Under the pieces are notes generated by a model that saw only the letters and a program-made list of their open reading frames with translations, did not search any database and was not told the origin of the DNA. A stretch of DNA of 55,402 nucleotides, counting the filler, from Catajapyx aquilonaris (Eukaryota), in assembly GCA_000934665.2 (NCBI GenBank). It is 3 parts of 3 records of this genome, joined end to end, with 100 filler letters (N's around TTAATTAATTAA, not from the genome) between each part and the next. Parts side by side here need not be neighbours in the genome. Positions count along the whole stretch, not along the records: positions 37,012 to 55,402 come from JYFJ02006713.1; 2 more parts are not named here. The stretch is one strand, 5' to 3'. Positions 37,200 to 50,119 of this stretch are shown here, one piece after another. The number at the start of each line of letters is the position of its first letter. The first letter of the stretch is position 1. The translations under genes and the position numbers were made by a program.

Positions 37200-37605
37200 C
37201 AGGGAACAATTCCCAATTTGTGTGGCGTACGCCATTACCATACAGAGGACAGAGCCAAGGCCTGAGTCTCACTAATGCACTCATCAATATGGGTTCCTCT
37301 GTCTTCTCGTGGCTCTTTCCAGAGTTAAAAGTCTCAACGGAGTGCATCTCATCAATGCCTCCTTTACTAACATCAAGGCTCAAGAGTCAGCTATTCTGGA
37401 GTACGATAGATTGAGATCTGTTTACCGACCAGACTTATCCATACTCAAAAGGGCTAATAAGGCATCGACAGAAGTGGTAGAGGATCGCGAATGGGCTATG
37501 CGATCAGGTGTAGCAGATGTCCAATTCGCACAACCAGAACAGAAAAAAAGGAAGCGTAATATGAGAAAGCAGAAGAAAATCATGCCTATTCAGCGGAAAA
37601 GATAG
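37200..37605 (+). pseudogene. PIF1-like helicase C-terminal fragment (Helitron/Helentron RepHel remnant), frameshifted
   Basis: QFPICVAYAITI / SQGLSLTNALINMG / VALSRVKSLNGVHLI...AILEYDRLR in successive frames. Confidence 0.8.
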
Positions 37606-37770
37606 AGTTTTACATACTTTCGTATATAACCTACACATTTTGCTCTAAGTTATTCATTGCCTTATTTGGAATATTTAACGGACCATTGATAGTTCCACGC
37701 CCAACCGTAGGGGGCTCCCCGAGATTTCTTATAATTATCCTACACTCCTGACTACAAAAAGAGGTGAGAT

Positions 37771-38265
37771 CCCACCAAAAACCTTTCTGTAAAAAAAGGC
37801 CAAGTTCTCCTGAGTGCTTGGCCGTCAAAAGTGGTGAGATCTGAAATACGGCCAAGTTCAACGTCGTTGTCAATTACTGGCATTCTCAACTTCTTCAACC
37901 TAAACCACTAACTTTGTTTCTCCAGGTCGACCTTAAGGGCGTTTAATCATCAAAAAAATTTAATGGAATTTCTCTTGCTGTAACTTGGCCATTGCTCTTA
38001 AAGCATTGAAACAGTTATAGAATTCAACAATACCTCGGACATGAGCAATGGCCAAGTTACAGCAAGAGAAATTCCATTAAAATTTTTTGATGATTAAACT
38101 TAAGGTCGACCTGGAGAAACAAAGTTAGTGGTTTAGGTTGAAGACGTTGACAATGCCAGTAATTGACAACGACGTTGAACTTGGCCGTATTTCAGATCTC
38201 ACCACTTTTGACGGCCAAGCACTCAGGAGAACTTGGCCTTTTTTTACAGAAAGGTTTTTGGTGGG
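37771..38265. repeat. Near-perfect inverted duplication (~225-bp arms, 45-nt spacer)
   Basis: 37771-37997 is the reverse complement of 38043-38265 with few differences. Confidence 0.95.
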
Positions 38266-38276
38266 TATGTATTAGA

Positions 38277-39655
38277 CTAGCAGGATACCCGGCGTTGCTC
38301 GGGTTATGAAATACTTTTCCATGTAGGTGTAAGTCATTGATTTGGTAGTAACCTTTGAAGTAATTATGGCTATACAATGTTGGCATACCTGTTACATGGA
38401 GCATATTGCATTTGCATGAAGTCCAAACACCAAACTGCGGATGTCAGATTGTAAGAGAGAGAGTACACAATACGCCTTAAAAATCCAGCAAAAGTTTATA
38501 ATGAAAAATTGAAGGTTGTGCAGTAAATGTAGGATAGCATTGAAAGACCGGCACCTCTCTTAGTCATTCCCCAACCCCAAAATGGCCAATCTGGCCTGGA
38601 TGACTGTGCCAGCAGGCAGCTATGGGGTCGCTGGAGAACTCAAGGCCCACCACCACGTTAAGGTTAAGGCTGCGCATTAGTAAAAATACGGTAGGTGCAT
38701 TTTTGAGGGAATTTTAAATTTTTGTTGCGAAACGCACCGTTAATCGGAAAAATCACAAAGAAGGTGCCCTGCGCAAAGGTTTGGCCAGGTTTGGCCGGGT
38801 TTGGCCTTTACTATATGGTACCATACTCGATATGATTGCATTAAAATTGTGGACATATGGGCGCAGAAGCGTTCCCGACTTCGTCGCGTTTCCTGCCGCA
38901 TGTTATTCAAATGGGCTTTTGGGGAACGACATTTTCCTTTCACTTCGACTCGATGAAAAGGTCACTTCTAGGCCGAAAATGGTAAAATGACGACGAACGT
39001 GCCCTGCGCCAGATCATGTCCTATTTTTAGGTGTAATTTCTGTGTCCATTGCTCCATTTTTGCGCCCGTACGGCCGCAGAAGCGTAGACATGTCGAATCC
39101 CCATATGCTGCCCATACATAAGCGAGTTTGTTTAGGTCGTCGCCAAGGGCTTCATTGTTACCGGTTTTTTTGTTTTTTTGCTAATGCGCCGCTGGACATT
39201 ATGGAACTGCTTGTTGACCGCGATGGAACGTCGTTGCCGTGGGAACGTTTTTTTTTTGTTGTGTTTGTAATGTAATGAAATATGGTTGATTATTACGGAA
39301 CGGGGATGGTGGGAGGGGGGNATTATTACGGAACGGGGATGGTGGGAGGGGGGGGGGGCAGTGGGGTGGGGGCTATTCATGGCCTTGGGCATTCAGTGGT
39401 TGCCCCGGTAAGTCGGTAATCCAAGACAGGTGATGTTTACAGCCTATTGCTCATTATTAGAAGAGTGTTCCAAAGTCCTTTTCGCCTCCTGTGGCCAAGG
39501 ATGACCTCGGAGGTCAAGTCCAATGTGCTAAGAACCTTCCCGGTAAAAAACTACCCCTAGTGATACCCCTGGGGCATATGTGGAGGCCTCCGTATGGATC
39601 TGTTTAGGTCACAAAAGACAGAAAGACAGACATACGTCGAGAAATATGTATTAGA
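38277..39655 (-). mobile_element. Non-autonomous Helitron
   Basis: minus strand: A|TC start with (ctgt)-type repeats near the 5' end; 3' hairpin cccgagcaacgccggg then CTAG|T. Confidence 0.7.
38668..39192. mobile_element. Kolobok-like element, second copy, nested in the Helitron
   Basis: TTAA|ggctgcgcattag...ctaatgcgccgc; collinear with 28948-29420. Confidence 0.75.
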
Positions 39656-39900
39656 TTAAGGTCTTCAATGCATGCAACGTGTGACATTATCACATCAATG
39701 CCACTTGTCTATTAATTGAAAGAAAATATATCACTATAATGATACAAAGCACATTTTCACAAGTATTGCCCAATTGATAAGATGTGTACATGGAAACATT
39801 ACACGTAAGGTGTGATAATTTATTTCTGCAAGAATTAATTGCTCATCACAAGATATTACGTCATAATCTTCATATGAAGCAAATAAAAAAGAAAAGAAAT

Positions 39901-40160
39901 CAAGTGAAGAGCACAGGGGAAAAACGGGGAATGTCCAATTCCGTTGGGGTTCCTGCCAAGTGCACAGTACAATAGTAGCATAGGTGACACTTATACCTGG
40001 AGGCTTTCCATGGGTACAAGGGGGACAGTTGCATATAAGGACGTGAAGATATCCCTATTATTCCTTATACACGTGAAGAAATAAAGCAGTTTCTTCGATT
40101 TTTCGTGGACATCAGTTTTTTGTGTGACATTCCCCCTTTTTCCCCTGTGCTCTTCAATTG
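39901..40160. mobile_element. MITE, full copy (inverted relative to 20047-20297)
   Basis: caagtgaagagcacaggggaaaaa / ttttcccctgtgctcttcaattg. Confidence 0.85.
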
Positions 40161-41710
40161 TAGTTCAAATGGCAGTGCGAGTGAATATTCTAGACTGCAA
40201 TAGGTGTAAATAGAATTATTGGCTGCATAAATAGTTCATTGCAAATGAAAAGCCAAGATGTCACACCTCCCAAGTCCATGAGATGCAATTTTTCAGGAGA
40301 GCATTAAAATAGTATCTTGCGCCTCTAATTAGTATGCGGCATTTTTGCGATAGAGCGGACATGAAGCGACGATTATTTTTTTCGTTGAATACAGCATTTG
40401 ATCACACCAATCGGATGCTCAACATCTCTACTAAACATTGCCAACCTTAAAATTGGCCAGTGTTGCTGTTCTTTGGCACCAGCTGCTCATACGTTCAACT
40501 GTGCGCGCCAAAGGCCTTTTGGTGTCTGGGACACGCGCGGCTTTTGGCGCCTCTGTAAGCATTGCCCATGCCCAAGGCATTGCCATTCATTCGATCACTT
40601 CTCAAGTGTGTCTGTTGGATGCAGCTTGATGTCCTCTTTCGATTGGTGTGCTTAAATTGTCGGAGGGTGATCTTTGTGTGCTTCAGTTTCAGTAACTAAC
40701 CAGAGTCATCCGAAAGCTTTGGTTCGTTACCAAAAATTACAAAAAATTCCTGTACACACCTTATGCTAATGATTTGGAGCGTCAAACTTGGAAACCTCTG
40801 TGGGAGTCGCGTAATACAGCAGTGTGCAAAGATTCAGCCCAATTCCATACCTCCATGTATTTATTTGGACGGTAACGAACCAAGCCATTTTCCTGCCGCC
40901 GAGCGTGCTCCCTCCGATCTCGGCTCAGATAATAAGCAAATCCACGCCCAATAATGCAGAAATTTTTATGTAATGGTTTTCAATGGCGCTGATTTCAGAT
41001 CCGATGTCAGAAATTCAAAAATCAAAATGGTTGATCCAATATGGCAGACAGCATGTGCAGAGAATTGGACAGATATACAGTATTAGCGTCAAAATAGTTT
41101 ACGGCGGCTTTAGAGGGCTCTGATTTCATATTCAATGTAAAAAAGTTACAAATCAAAGTGGCGCGATGTGTTATCCGGATATGTCCTGATGCTACCACCG
41201 ATTTTATTGGGAGGAAGGGGGCGAGATGCAGCTCTTCAATAGTTCTTACTGATTTATGATGCTGAAAACAAATTTTCACGAATCCTTCATGTTATAAACA
41301 GTTGCCTCTATTTACAATGCCACTGCAAGATGGGTGGTCCGGAAGTTAATTGTCTCTAGCGGTCAAGGTGGCAGGTGGCAGGTGGTGGCAGCTAGTCTTT
41401 GGTTCTTCTCTGTCATGAGAGCCTCCCGCTTTTTATAGGCCGTAAATCAAAAAATTTGCATTTATCTGAAATTTTGCAGGTCTGAATTTATTGGAAAATT
41501 GACTGAAGTGACCCATTTTCATATACCTTCATTTATAGGCTTAGTAAATTTTTATAGATGGTCACATTATAGCTCCTTATACAGTCATATGCATATGCAT
41601 TACAATGTGGTGCAGCTAAAATGGCTGTGCTCAGAGGTCAGAGGTCAGATGTTATAAATTTTTGAATAAACCATTATTAAAATGTTTTCCCCTCTAGTCA
41701 GTTCATAACT

Positions 41711-42300
41711 TCATTGATGTGTCTTGTCAGCCTGGTCCCCAAAGGCTGGTGTGTAGGCAGGCAGCACCCTTTTCGTATACTGGGTTATAGATATACATCG
41801 CTCTTGTGTAACTTTACAAATAACTGTAACATATTGTCCTGAGGATAGTGGGGTATGTCTTGGATATGCCTGCGTCTGGGTGTATTGAAAAGGAAACATT
41901 TATAGATTATATGGAACATTGTTTGGTTGACTTCCCAGTTGCACCAGTCGCATAGTACCTCTGGATCGATTTTCATGGTCAGCTGATCGAGGAGTTTCTT
42001 TTTATGATTAGTCTAATGTGAGACAGTGGTAGATCAATACTAAAAAAGTCCTCCATGGCAAATTCGTGCTTGATCTCTTTATAGAATACGTATCTCGTCT
42101 TGGTAGCTTGTAACCTGTCTAGTATCTCTTCCTTCAGTCTTTGTTCGATAATTGCAAGCAATGGAGGTAGGTCGTCAATCTCGATCAGCCAGTTTTTAGA
42201 AAAAGGTTGGAATATACAATTGCAGCTATTTCCCCAGTCTGATGCACCTTTTTGTGTCCTTTCATTGTACCATACTGTAAAGTGTATTCAGTGTGCCTTA
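41711..42300 (-). mobile_element. Degenerate LINE ORF2 C-terminus
   Basis: RYVFYKEIKHEF... and CDWC...H-x4-C zinc motif, with stops and frameshifts. Confidence 0.7.
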
Positions 42301-42829
42301 TAATCCAATGCACTACTTAGGAAGGACCTAGCATTATTGTCCTTCTGGAAAAAAAATTGTCGTAGGTGGTGGACTTGGGATATTATGCTATCTTAGATGC
42401 ATATGATGATTATGATGATATATGCCCTGGCCTAACCACTCAAATGTTTCCGCAAATTCTTCACGTCCGGCAGCTTTCTTCTTTTACAGGGAGATCTTGG
42501 GTGTAGAGTCGGATATGCCACTCACGTTGTGCATTCAATCTGTAATTGTGTGCTTTACTACAAAGCATTCTTTTCGGCAGCTTTTCGGCTTTCTAAAATT
42601 ACATCACCATATTGCAGCTGAGCCCTTACTCTCATATCGTGAATAGTCCATTATTTATTTCTAATGTCGTAGACCAGTGAATGCCTCGGCCTTTTGACCT
42701 TTGCATTTTGCAGTCTCTACATGTCTAGCTCACACCTCCTTCGTTATAGTGGTAGTATGTCTTCATGGTGACCGTCGATAGTTGGGCGCCATTGACATAT
42801 GAATGCGGGCATGGAACAACGTTGTAAGT

Positions 42830-43040
42830 GTCATTTTGGCTGTTTTGAGTTGACACTGTAGAAACGTAGCAAATGACCAGCTGGTTCGAACGTATACAGT
42901 CCACCAAACGCTATATCCGTTGATTTAGCCGAGAAAAAGCCGGACATTCCAGCAAGAGTGCATTCACTTTGCATGGGATCCTCGGAAGAAAAACACGTCT
43001 CCTGAAAAGTTGCCAAAAATCATTTGCAACGTTCTTCCAT
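42830..43040 (-). mobile_element. Possible LINE APE-endonuclease remnant
   Basis: ATFQETCF resembles the DxxxxQETW endonuclease motif; same strand as the 41711-42300 fragment. Confidence 0.35.
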
Positions 43041-43287
43041 GACAGCATACATATTCCCAGAATGTATGGAAGGGGCCAGACTAAAATATCAGTAGTGTAT
43101 GACGATATTCAAGTGATGCAATCAGATTGTCTAATTCCGGCATTTGTAGGTGGCTTTGTCTGTGATGTGTAATACTGTGTAAAGCACTCTACATAATCCT
43201 GTCACATGTTCCAGTATGATCCATTAATAATAATAATAACGGGTATTGTTAACTCGGGGTAATCCACCATGAGTATCTACTGTCATT

Positions 43288-43520
43288 GTGGTGTAGTGGT
43301 TAACGCCGCAGCCTTCCACCTCTAAGGTCCCGAGTTCGATCACGTGGTCGGACGGAGGACACTTATGTGGAAGAGTTGCGATGGGTTCTTGTTGTGTCCG
43401 TGGGTTTTCTCGGGGTTCCCCCATTTCTTCCCACTACCAAAAACCCACTATATGAATGCCAGATAATAGCCTTAGTTGCTTTGACACAACCAACAAACAA
43501 ACAGACACACAAACAAACAA
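43288..43520 (+). mobile_element. tRNA-derived SINE
   Basis: tggtgtagtggt A box, gagttcgatcac B box, gtgggttttctcgggg body, (caaa)n tail. Confidence 0.7.
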
Positions 43521-46500
43521 GCGTTTCTATTTTCGATGATGTCTGCATCTAAGGGTCGTGAATTAGTTGATTAGCACACAAGACATGCTGGGGATGGCCA
43601 GCTAAAATCCATGTGCTGAGAAGTACTGCGTTCAATTTCTGTCTCTGAAGTCACGTTGTTTATGTTGTACGTTATATATGCCCTAAGCAGGGAATCAAGT
43701 GATTTTCTGATCCTGTTTCTGTGACGAATTCATCCTCCCAGTGTCACCAATACGCAAGCTGCCTTCGTCAAATCTGCGTTTGGTCAGCCTAAGGGGCTTC
43801 GTAGAATTTCGTATGTCAATATTGCTAGTAAGATCAACCAGAATTTTACGCAGGATTATGATCCACATTCCGTAAACCGTATAATGTAGGGCCTACATCT
43901 CGGCCGGGCACAGCATCTCTTTCGAGTGTTCAACGAATCGGGTTTTCTATTTTTCGGTGTAAAATGTCATAAGATGAGATGCATGTCTGCATACTGCTGC
44001 CAACAGGGGTCCGACGTCTTGTTCATGTGTTTCTGAAGGTCGTACAAGAAGCCTTGTTTGTAATTTCTAGGCATAGTAGGCTACCGCTGCGCAGGGTAGA
44101 AGTTTGAGTTGCCAAATCGATGTTCGGGTATATCCTCAGACGACATATTCAGTTCCATTATTTGTATTTTGACATTGTTAAGTCTTCACTGATATTGCGA
44201 TAGATATTTGGCAGTGCGACCGAGGCATTCACGCAAAATGGCGTCGTTGATATTCTGCCATATCCGTTTCTTACATGGCATGACACATGAGTTGGGCTGT
44301 GTTTTAGCTTAATCATCTCATTGTTTGTGGGTGATATGGAGTTAACGGGCTCTATATTGCATCAAGTATTGTTTTGATGGATAGTGCAATTCGTGAAAGG
44401 TGTGCATGTTGCACCAAAATTTCAGTGGTGCACTAGCATATACCAGATTTTCAAAGCCACTGGTATGACCACCCAAGTGAGGCGACTTGTATGATACTCT
44501 GACTTGTCAAGACCATTTGTTTCACATTTGAAACACTGGAATCCAACCACGTTCATGGATGATGAGAGTAAATGATGAGGACCAGGAAGGATTAAAAAGG
44601 TGTTTCACCATGACTGAAGGAGCGTAAAGATGTTAGACAAAGTTTGCATTCTACTGCTCTTGTTCTTCACGCCCTGGACTGGATTGTCGTCTGGTTCCTT
44701 TCAGACACTGTCATCCCTTCTGGAATGTTGTTTGATGCTGACTTTTCCTGCTAATGATACGGTATGGACCATCCCATTCCTTGTTGAGTTTACCACTGAG
44801 GCCTGTTGGACAATGTGGTTTGTGTACTAACAGTAGGTCGCCTTCGTGTAGTTGTTTTGTGCGAAAACTACGATCGTGATTATTTTTTCTTCTGATTCGT
44901 GTGCATTCGAAAGGTGTTCTAAAGAGTGATGACAGTTGCTCAACATATTTGACTTTATGCGTCTAATAACATCATCGAAAGGGAAATTAATGATCCTTTA
45001 TTACATCATGTATCACAGCGAATTCAATGTTTCAATAGTCTGAAGGAGACCACGGGGTGTTGTAGGAAGGTGAGTCAACCTGTTCACCACTGTGAGGTAC
45101 AAGAAGGGCGAGATATAGTGGGCCGATGGCAAGCAGATAGGTCAATCTCACACTCGTAAATACTCATCATAACGCGGATGTCGTCTTTTTGCAGGGTCAC
45201 TGGCTTGTGTCACGCTTTTCCGTCTAGCTGAACACCTCAATCAGGCCTCGATGGTCAGGAACAACTTATCTAAACTCGAAAGTTGAAGTTCCACATGAGA
45301 TTTTTGGAATTCCTACACTAACGTGCCAAGCTGTTACGAATTATGGCAAGTGCTGTTTAATACCCATTTACTCTTGCTGCTAAGGTGGCATCATACAATG
45401 GCCAAGTGTGCATGCTATACTCGTAAATTGTAGCATCATTTTTAATGCTGGACACAGCCATGTTGTTTCTAGTCAGCCTGCTGACATTTTGACCCTCCTT
45501 TGTTGCCCATAAATTCTGAATATAATATTACAATATTGAATATTAGTACAGATTTGAACGAGAAATACGGGAAAACTTTGTTATGTAAGACATGCTGATC
45601 ATGGTGCATCACTGCATCATGCAATTCTCTCAAGGTTTCTGACTTTTTTGATATTGCAATCAGCTGTTCCGGGTCCATGGCGCCATTGACATAGGAATGA
45701 GCCCTGAATGATACCGTACACCGACTATTTCAGTCGTTCTATTCTATGTAATTACTTTCCTGTTCATGTCTGCTCTTGACGACAACTTAAACTTAGAACA
45801 TTTCCTTCGATGATATACTCATTAAGCTTTAAATACTAGCCAGAACAGTGGAAGACATATTTCTATTCTTCCATTGCGGCAGTAATACTCAGTCATATCT
45901 GGACAACCCCAGAGATATAATGACTGCTTAACTTGACTATCAAACTGCCTGGCAGAAAATCATGCTCCTGATTTTCCTGTCGTGACCAACCTATATGGCC
46001 TAAAGATAGTTGATTTTAGTTGGATCATCGATTCTTTCGAGTCTACCGCGCTTATTGAAGGCAACGCAACGGCTTGGGACGCGGTTGATTGTAAATGTCC
46101 TAGCCTTGCTAATAGGGTGCTATGGCAATGTACAATTCCTAAAAAGTGTGAATGTTGCACCAAAATGTGAATGGCGCATTAAAATAGCTGAGTTTATAAG
46201 CTACGTGTATACATATTCAGTTACTCTTTTAGTTAGCAGAAAAAATAATTTTAAATGTTTGCAGTATAAGTCTATTTGTTATACAGTACAATTAGATGGC
46301 TTGCATTTGTATGACCTTAGAAGGTATGTAGCGCATTTCTTTGCTGATTGAGTTCGCCGCTACGTCACAAAGTGTAAAGGTCACATCCCAGTGTCAGTCT
46401 ACCGTCGTAATATATTTCGGTGCTCTGTTGTTGCCTTCATTTCGTCAACACCCAACACGCGTTTGAGAGGTTTGCTTGAAGTTGTACCAATTCTGCACAA

Positions 46501-47399
46501 AAAGAAGCTATGTTATTGTGTGTTCATGTGAAGGTCATGCGATATGCTTGAAATAAGTGTATTACATTATAATATTACTTATTTGTTGGAGTAGCTGTAG
46601 CATATTTACTTATTTTTCCGTGTCATCGCCGTCCATGATTGGTATAATAATTAAATATACCCTCAATACAATCATGTAAGGATACACTATTGTTATTCCC
46701 ACCTACTGGAATTTGATTGGGATTTTTCAAAATCAGGATTTGAGTCCAAAATCAATGTTTTATTGAATTAAACTTAATTGTAAAATAATTAATTCCAATC
46801 TATTTTTCACAGTATCATGAGAATCACTTGTAATACTACAGCAATTGCACTTGGAGTAATTGTGATGAAGAAAATAGTCATCTGTACAGTCACTGAGAGA
46901 AGGCTGAATAAAATGAGTAGTTCATGGGAATTACTATATTATATGAGGGTGATAGTGGCGTGAGGAGTAGTCGTGATGTAAAATGTTCCATTTGGACATT
47001 AGTCCAAGTCATCTTCAGGATAAGGGGAGCAGCAATGGGATATTACATTGATGATTACAGTGATATTACAGGTGCAGTGAGATCATTCGCTGCTTGCATT
47101 GGGACCCTTTTAACGGCATTAACGGCATTATCGGCATTATCTCGATGAGATCTCACCCGTGGCAGTGGCAGGGATCATTCGCTATACAAATGCCTGTCAT
47201 TACGACGTGTACGCATTATTTTACGGTGCAAGGTTCATTTGTCACCATACGTAACACATGGTATGTTTTTCTCTAATGATAAAAATCGTACTCTGATTAA
47301 CCCCATGTATTATCTGACACAATGGTTGTATGCACTGTAGGTGTACTCCCAGTGTCCCCGGCGCAGTAAATGACCTATGAGGATGAGTTCTCTGATTAA

Positions 47400-47525
47400 G
47401 GGCCGGTTTCACCGAGCTCAGTATATGATAAAACCACGGTTCTGTAGCAAAATCCCTATCTATTTGTATGGATTTTCCTAAAGAAACCTGGTTTTATCAT
47501 ATACCAAGCTCGGTGAAACCGGCCC
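47400..47525. mobile_element. PIF/Harbinger MITE (126 bp)
   Basis: 19-bp TIR gggccggtttcaccgagct / agctcggtgaaaccggccc; TSD TAA on both sides. Confidence 0.9.
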
Positions 47526-48039
47526 TAAACCAGTCAATTGTTACCGATTTATGAACCAGTATAATCAACTTTCAAAAAAAATGAAACGTGATTACTGGAT
47601 GATTACTGTACAGTACTTGCACATTACTGTGCTGCACTATGAAGCCCGAGAGATTTAAGTCCTAATATGATGGACACCTCCCTATGTTGGACAATTTTCT
47701 TTGAACCATCAGTGTCCAACAGACAGGTTTTACTGTACAATGTAAATCCAGTGTGAATAGCTTTTGTGTTTTTTCCCAAGGAATAATGAGAAGAAAAATG
47801 TATGTACAGTATATTTCCAATGCAGACGCAGCCAGTGTAGACCTAACTACATAGTATACAACCCACACGCAACATTTACTTTCATTCAACACTTACAGAT
47901 TGATCGCTTTTAATGACCTGAAAGAGAAGCCAGATTTCAGATTGAATGAGATGAATAATGAAATGATTGTTATGTAGGTGATGAATATTGACAACCATAA
48001 AGCTATGAAACAAAGTGATGTAACAATATATAGTAACTT

Positions 48040-48383
48040 GGGGAGGTGTGGTGGCCGTGATGGTAACGTCTCGGCTTGCTGTGTTAAAGGCCCCAGGTTC
48101 GATCCCCGCCTGGGGAACTTTCCTTTCACCTGCGTCAGGAGGGTCTCTGACCTGCACCAAGGAGGTGTCTGGCAACCTAACCTCCTGGGGAACAGCACAT
48201 GACCCGTTTTCAGACGTGCACTTGCACCCATGTTCCCTCCCCGAAAATCCCTATCCTTACCTCTTGTCCTTTCATCCTTGCACCGGTGTTAGAAGAAAAT
48301 AATAAGAAAATTGAAGGAAAATGGTGGTAATCCACCCCCCTATAAGGGCCCATGGCCCTAGCACGGGGTAACGTAAAAAAAAT
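48040..48383 (+). mobile_element. tRNA-derived SINE, full length (close to the 32556 copy)
   Basis: A and B boxes, A-tail; 14-bp TSD atatatagtaactt (48026-48039 / 48384-48397). Confidence 0.92.
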
Positions 48384-50119
48384 ATATATAGTAACTTACA
48401 AGAAATTTTGGAACTGTCTGGAATTTTTTCGAATATTTTCAAATTTTTTCGATTTGTGGTTGGTTGAATCCGACGATACGGAGGTCCGACTGAATACCTA
48501 TGCAATCTATTAAGATTTAAGATATGAAATCACCAGCTATGTACGTAGATCCCGTCGCGGGTTTTTCCCACTCCCTCGAGATTCTCCCAAGAAATATTCC
48601 ATATACCATTAATTTGTATACTGTGACCAACCTGAACACTTCATAGATAGATGAGCAACCAATATATTCTGTGCGAAAACGAGGGCGATATAGAACTCTG
48701 AATCTCTTACCATATTGTCTAAAGACCCAGCTGGGTCTGAAATGTATCATTCTGACATTAATTATTGTGGGTGGCTGATGAAGTAAGCCCCCATGCTGCA
48801 CTTCCCACTAAAGTCCACTCCCACCCACAACTCATTTTCCACCTCCGAGCTGTCCCTTCTGACTACCACAGGTTCCGACCCCTGCCTTTGAAGGGGAGAC
48901 TTCATTTCCGAAAAGGAAATTGGAACCTCAGCCCTAACATCATTTTAGGGACTGGACTAAAGCTCTCGCTCAGCTTCCACTTTGCACAAGGAGGCCAAGA
49001 GAACCCTAATTTGAAGCCTCTCAATGAATGTGTCCAATAGCATGTGCTCTAATGAAGGTGGCCTGATATTTTCAGCAAGTGAACTATCAGAACATTCCGT
49101 CACGTATGCTACGTAGCCTCATATACACTTCCACTTCTTGCTGTGTCCATACAGGCACAATTTAAAGTTTATTCGCAAATATTTTTTTATCGAGATTGCT
49201 CACGCACGTGTTCACACTGGTGGTGTTTGTCCTATTCGGAAGAGATGCGACGTATGAGAGTGGTTAAATGGGAAACACATCCACTCACTATAATATGCAC
49301 CGTTTACACTGAAAGTGGTATGTACACATAGAGTCACACATCATTCATTTGCAAGTATACAGTACTTACGACATATGCGAGCTTGCACATTCGGTTTACC
49401 CTAGCTCCCTGTTTTTGTAAATAACCAAAATGTTTAGGCGCTTTATCCCTTGCTTATGGATTAACCTTATTTACTTGTTCTGTTATGTGTGAAACTGTGC
49501 AAGCATATTATGCCAGAGAAACCCATTACTATACTCAAGACCACTGCAGTTGGTGGCTATACAGTTGTCATCCTGCAGTGTCTGTTGTGGGGTTGGCTCA
49601 TTCTGCATCGCACATAGCAAATGAAAACCTATAATGTGAGATAGCCTCTCTTGTGTTCATGTAGAACACACCATATTCTTGGAAGACATTTGTAATTGTT
49701 TCTTGAGAAGAATGAGCAGGCTTTTATGTTTGTCAGTGGTGGACAGGACAGTTATCCCCGAGTTATGCATGTGACCGAGGAAGATTATAGGGCACTTCAT
49801 TTTGGAAAATGACGTTATGATGTTGGGTTTTTGTGTTATAGTTGTAAATTTGTAATGGGTTGCTGGTGGCTGGATTTTGACATTTTTGTGGTGCAGTTTG
49901 GTTATTACTACTAATAGACCTATTGTTTCTCTCTCTTTTGATTTTATTTAAGATGTTACTTTTTGTTTATGAAGGTTTAATGGTGCTGCTTGGTGTTGTG
50001 TTGGAACTATTGTTGTGATACAGTATTTACATTATGTTTTCAAACATAAACAATTTGTAGATGCTGAGCAACTCCGCTTCAGATGTGGCGCAGCGTCTAT
50101 AGTGCCAGGGGCCTCACTG

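Noticed and set aside
39290..39356. Tandem duplication tattacggaacggggatggtgggagggggg x2
   Set aside because: Junction is an N next to a G homopolymer; likely assembly artefact
45469..45678. Minus-strand ORF with faint F-box-like start (MDPEQLIAISKKSETLREL)
   Set aside because: Similarity too weak; no supporting exon structure
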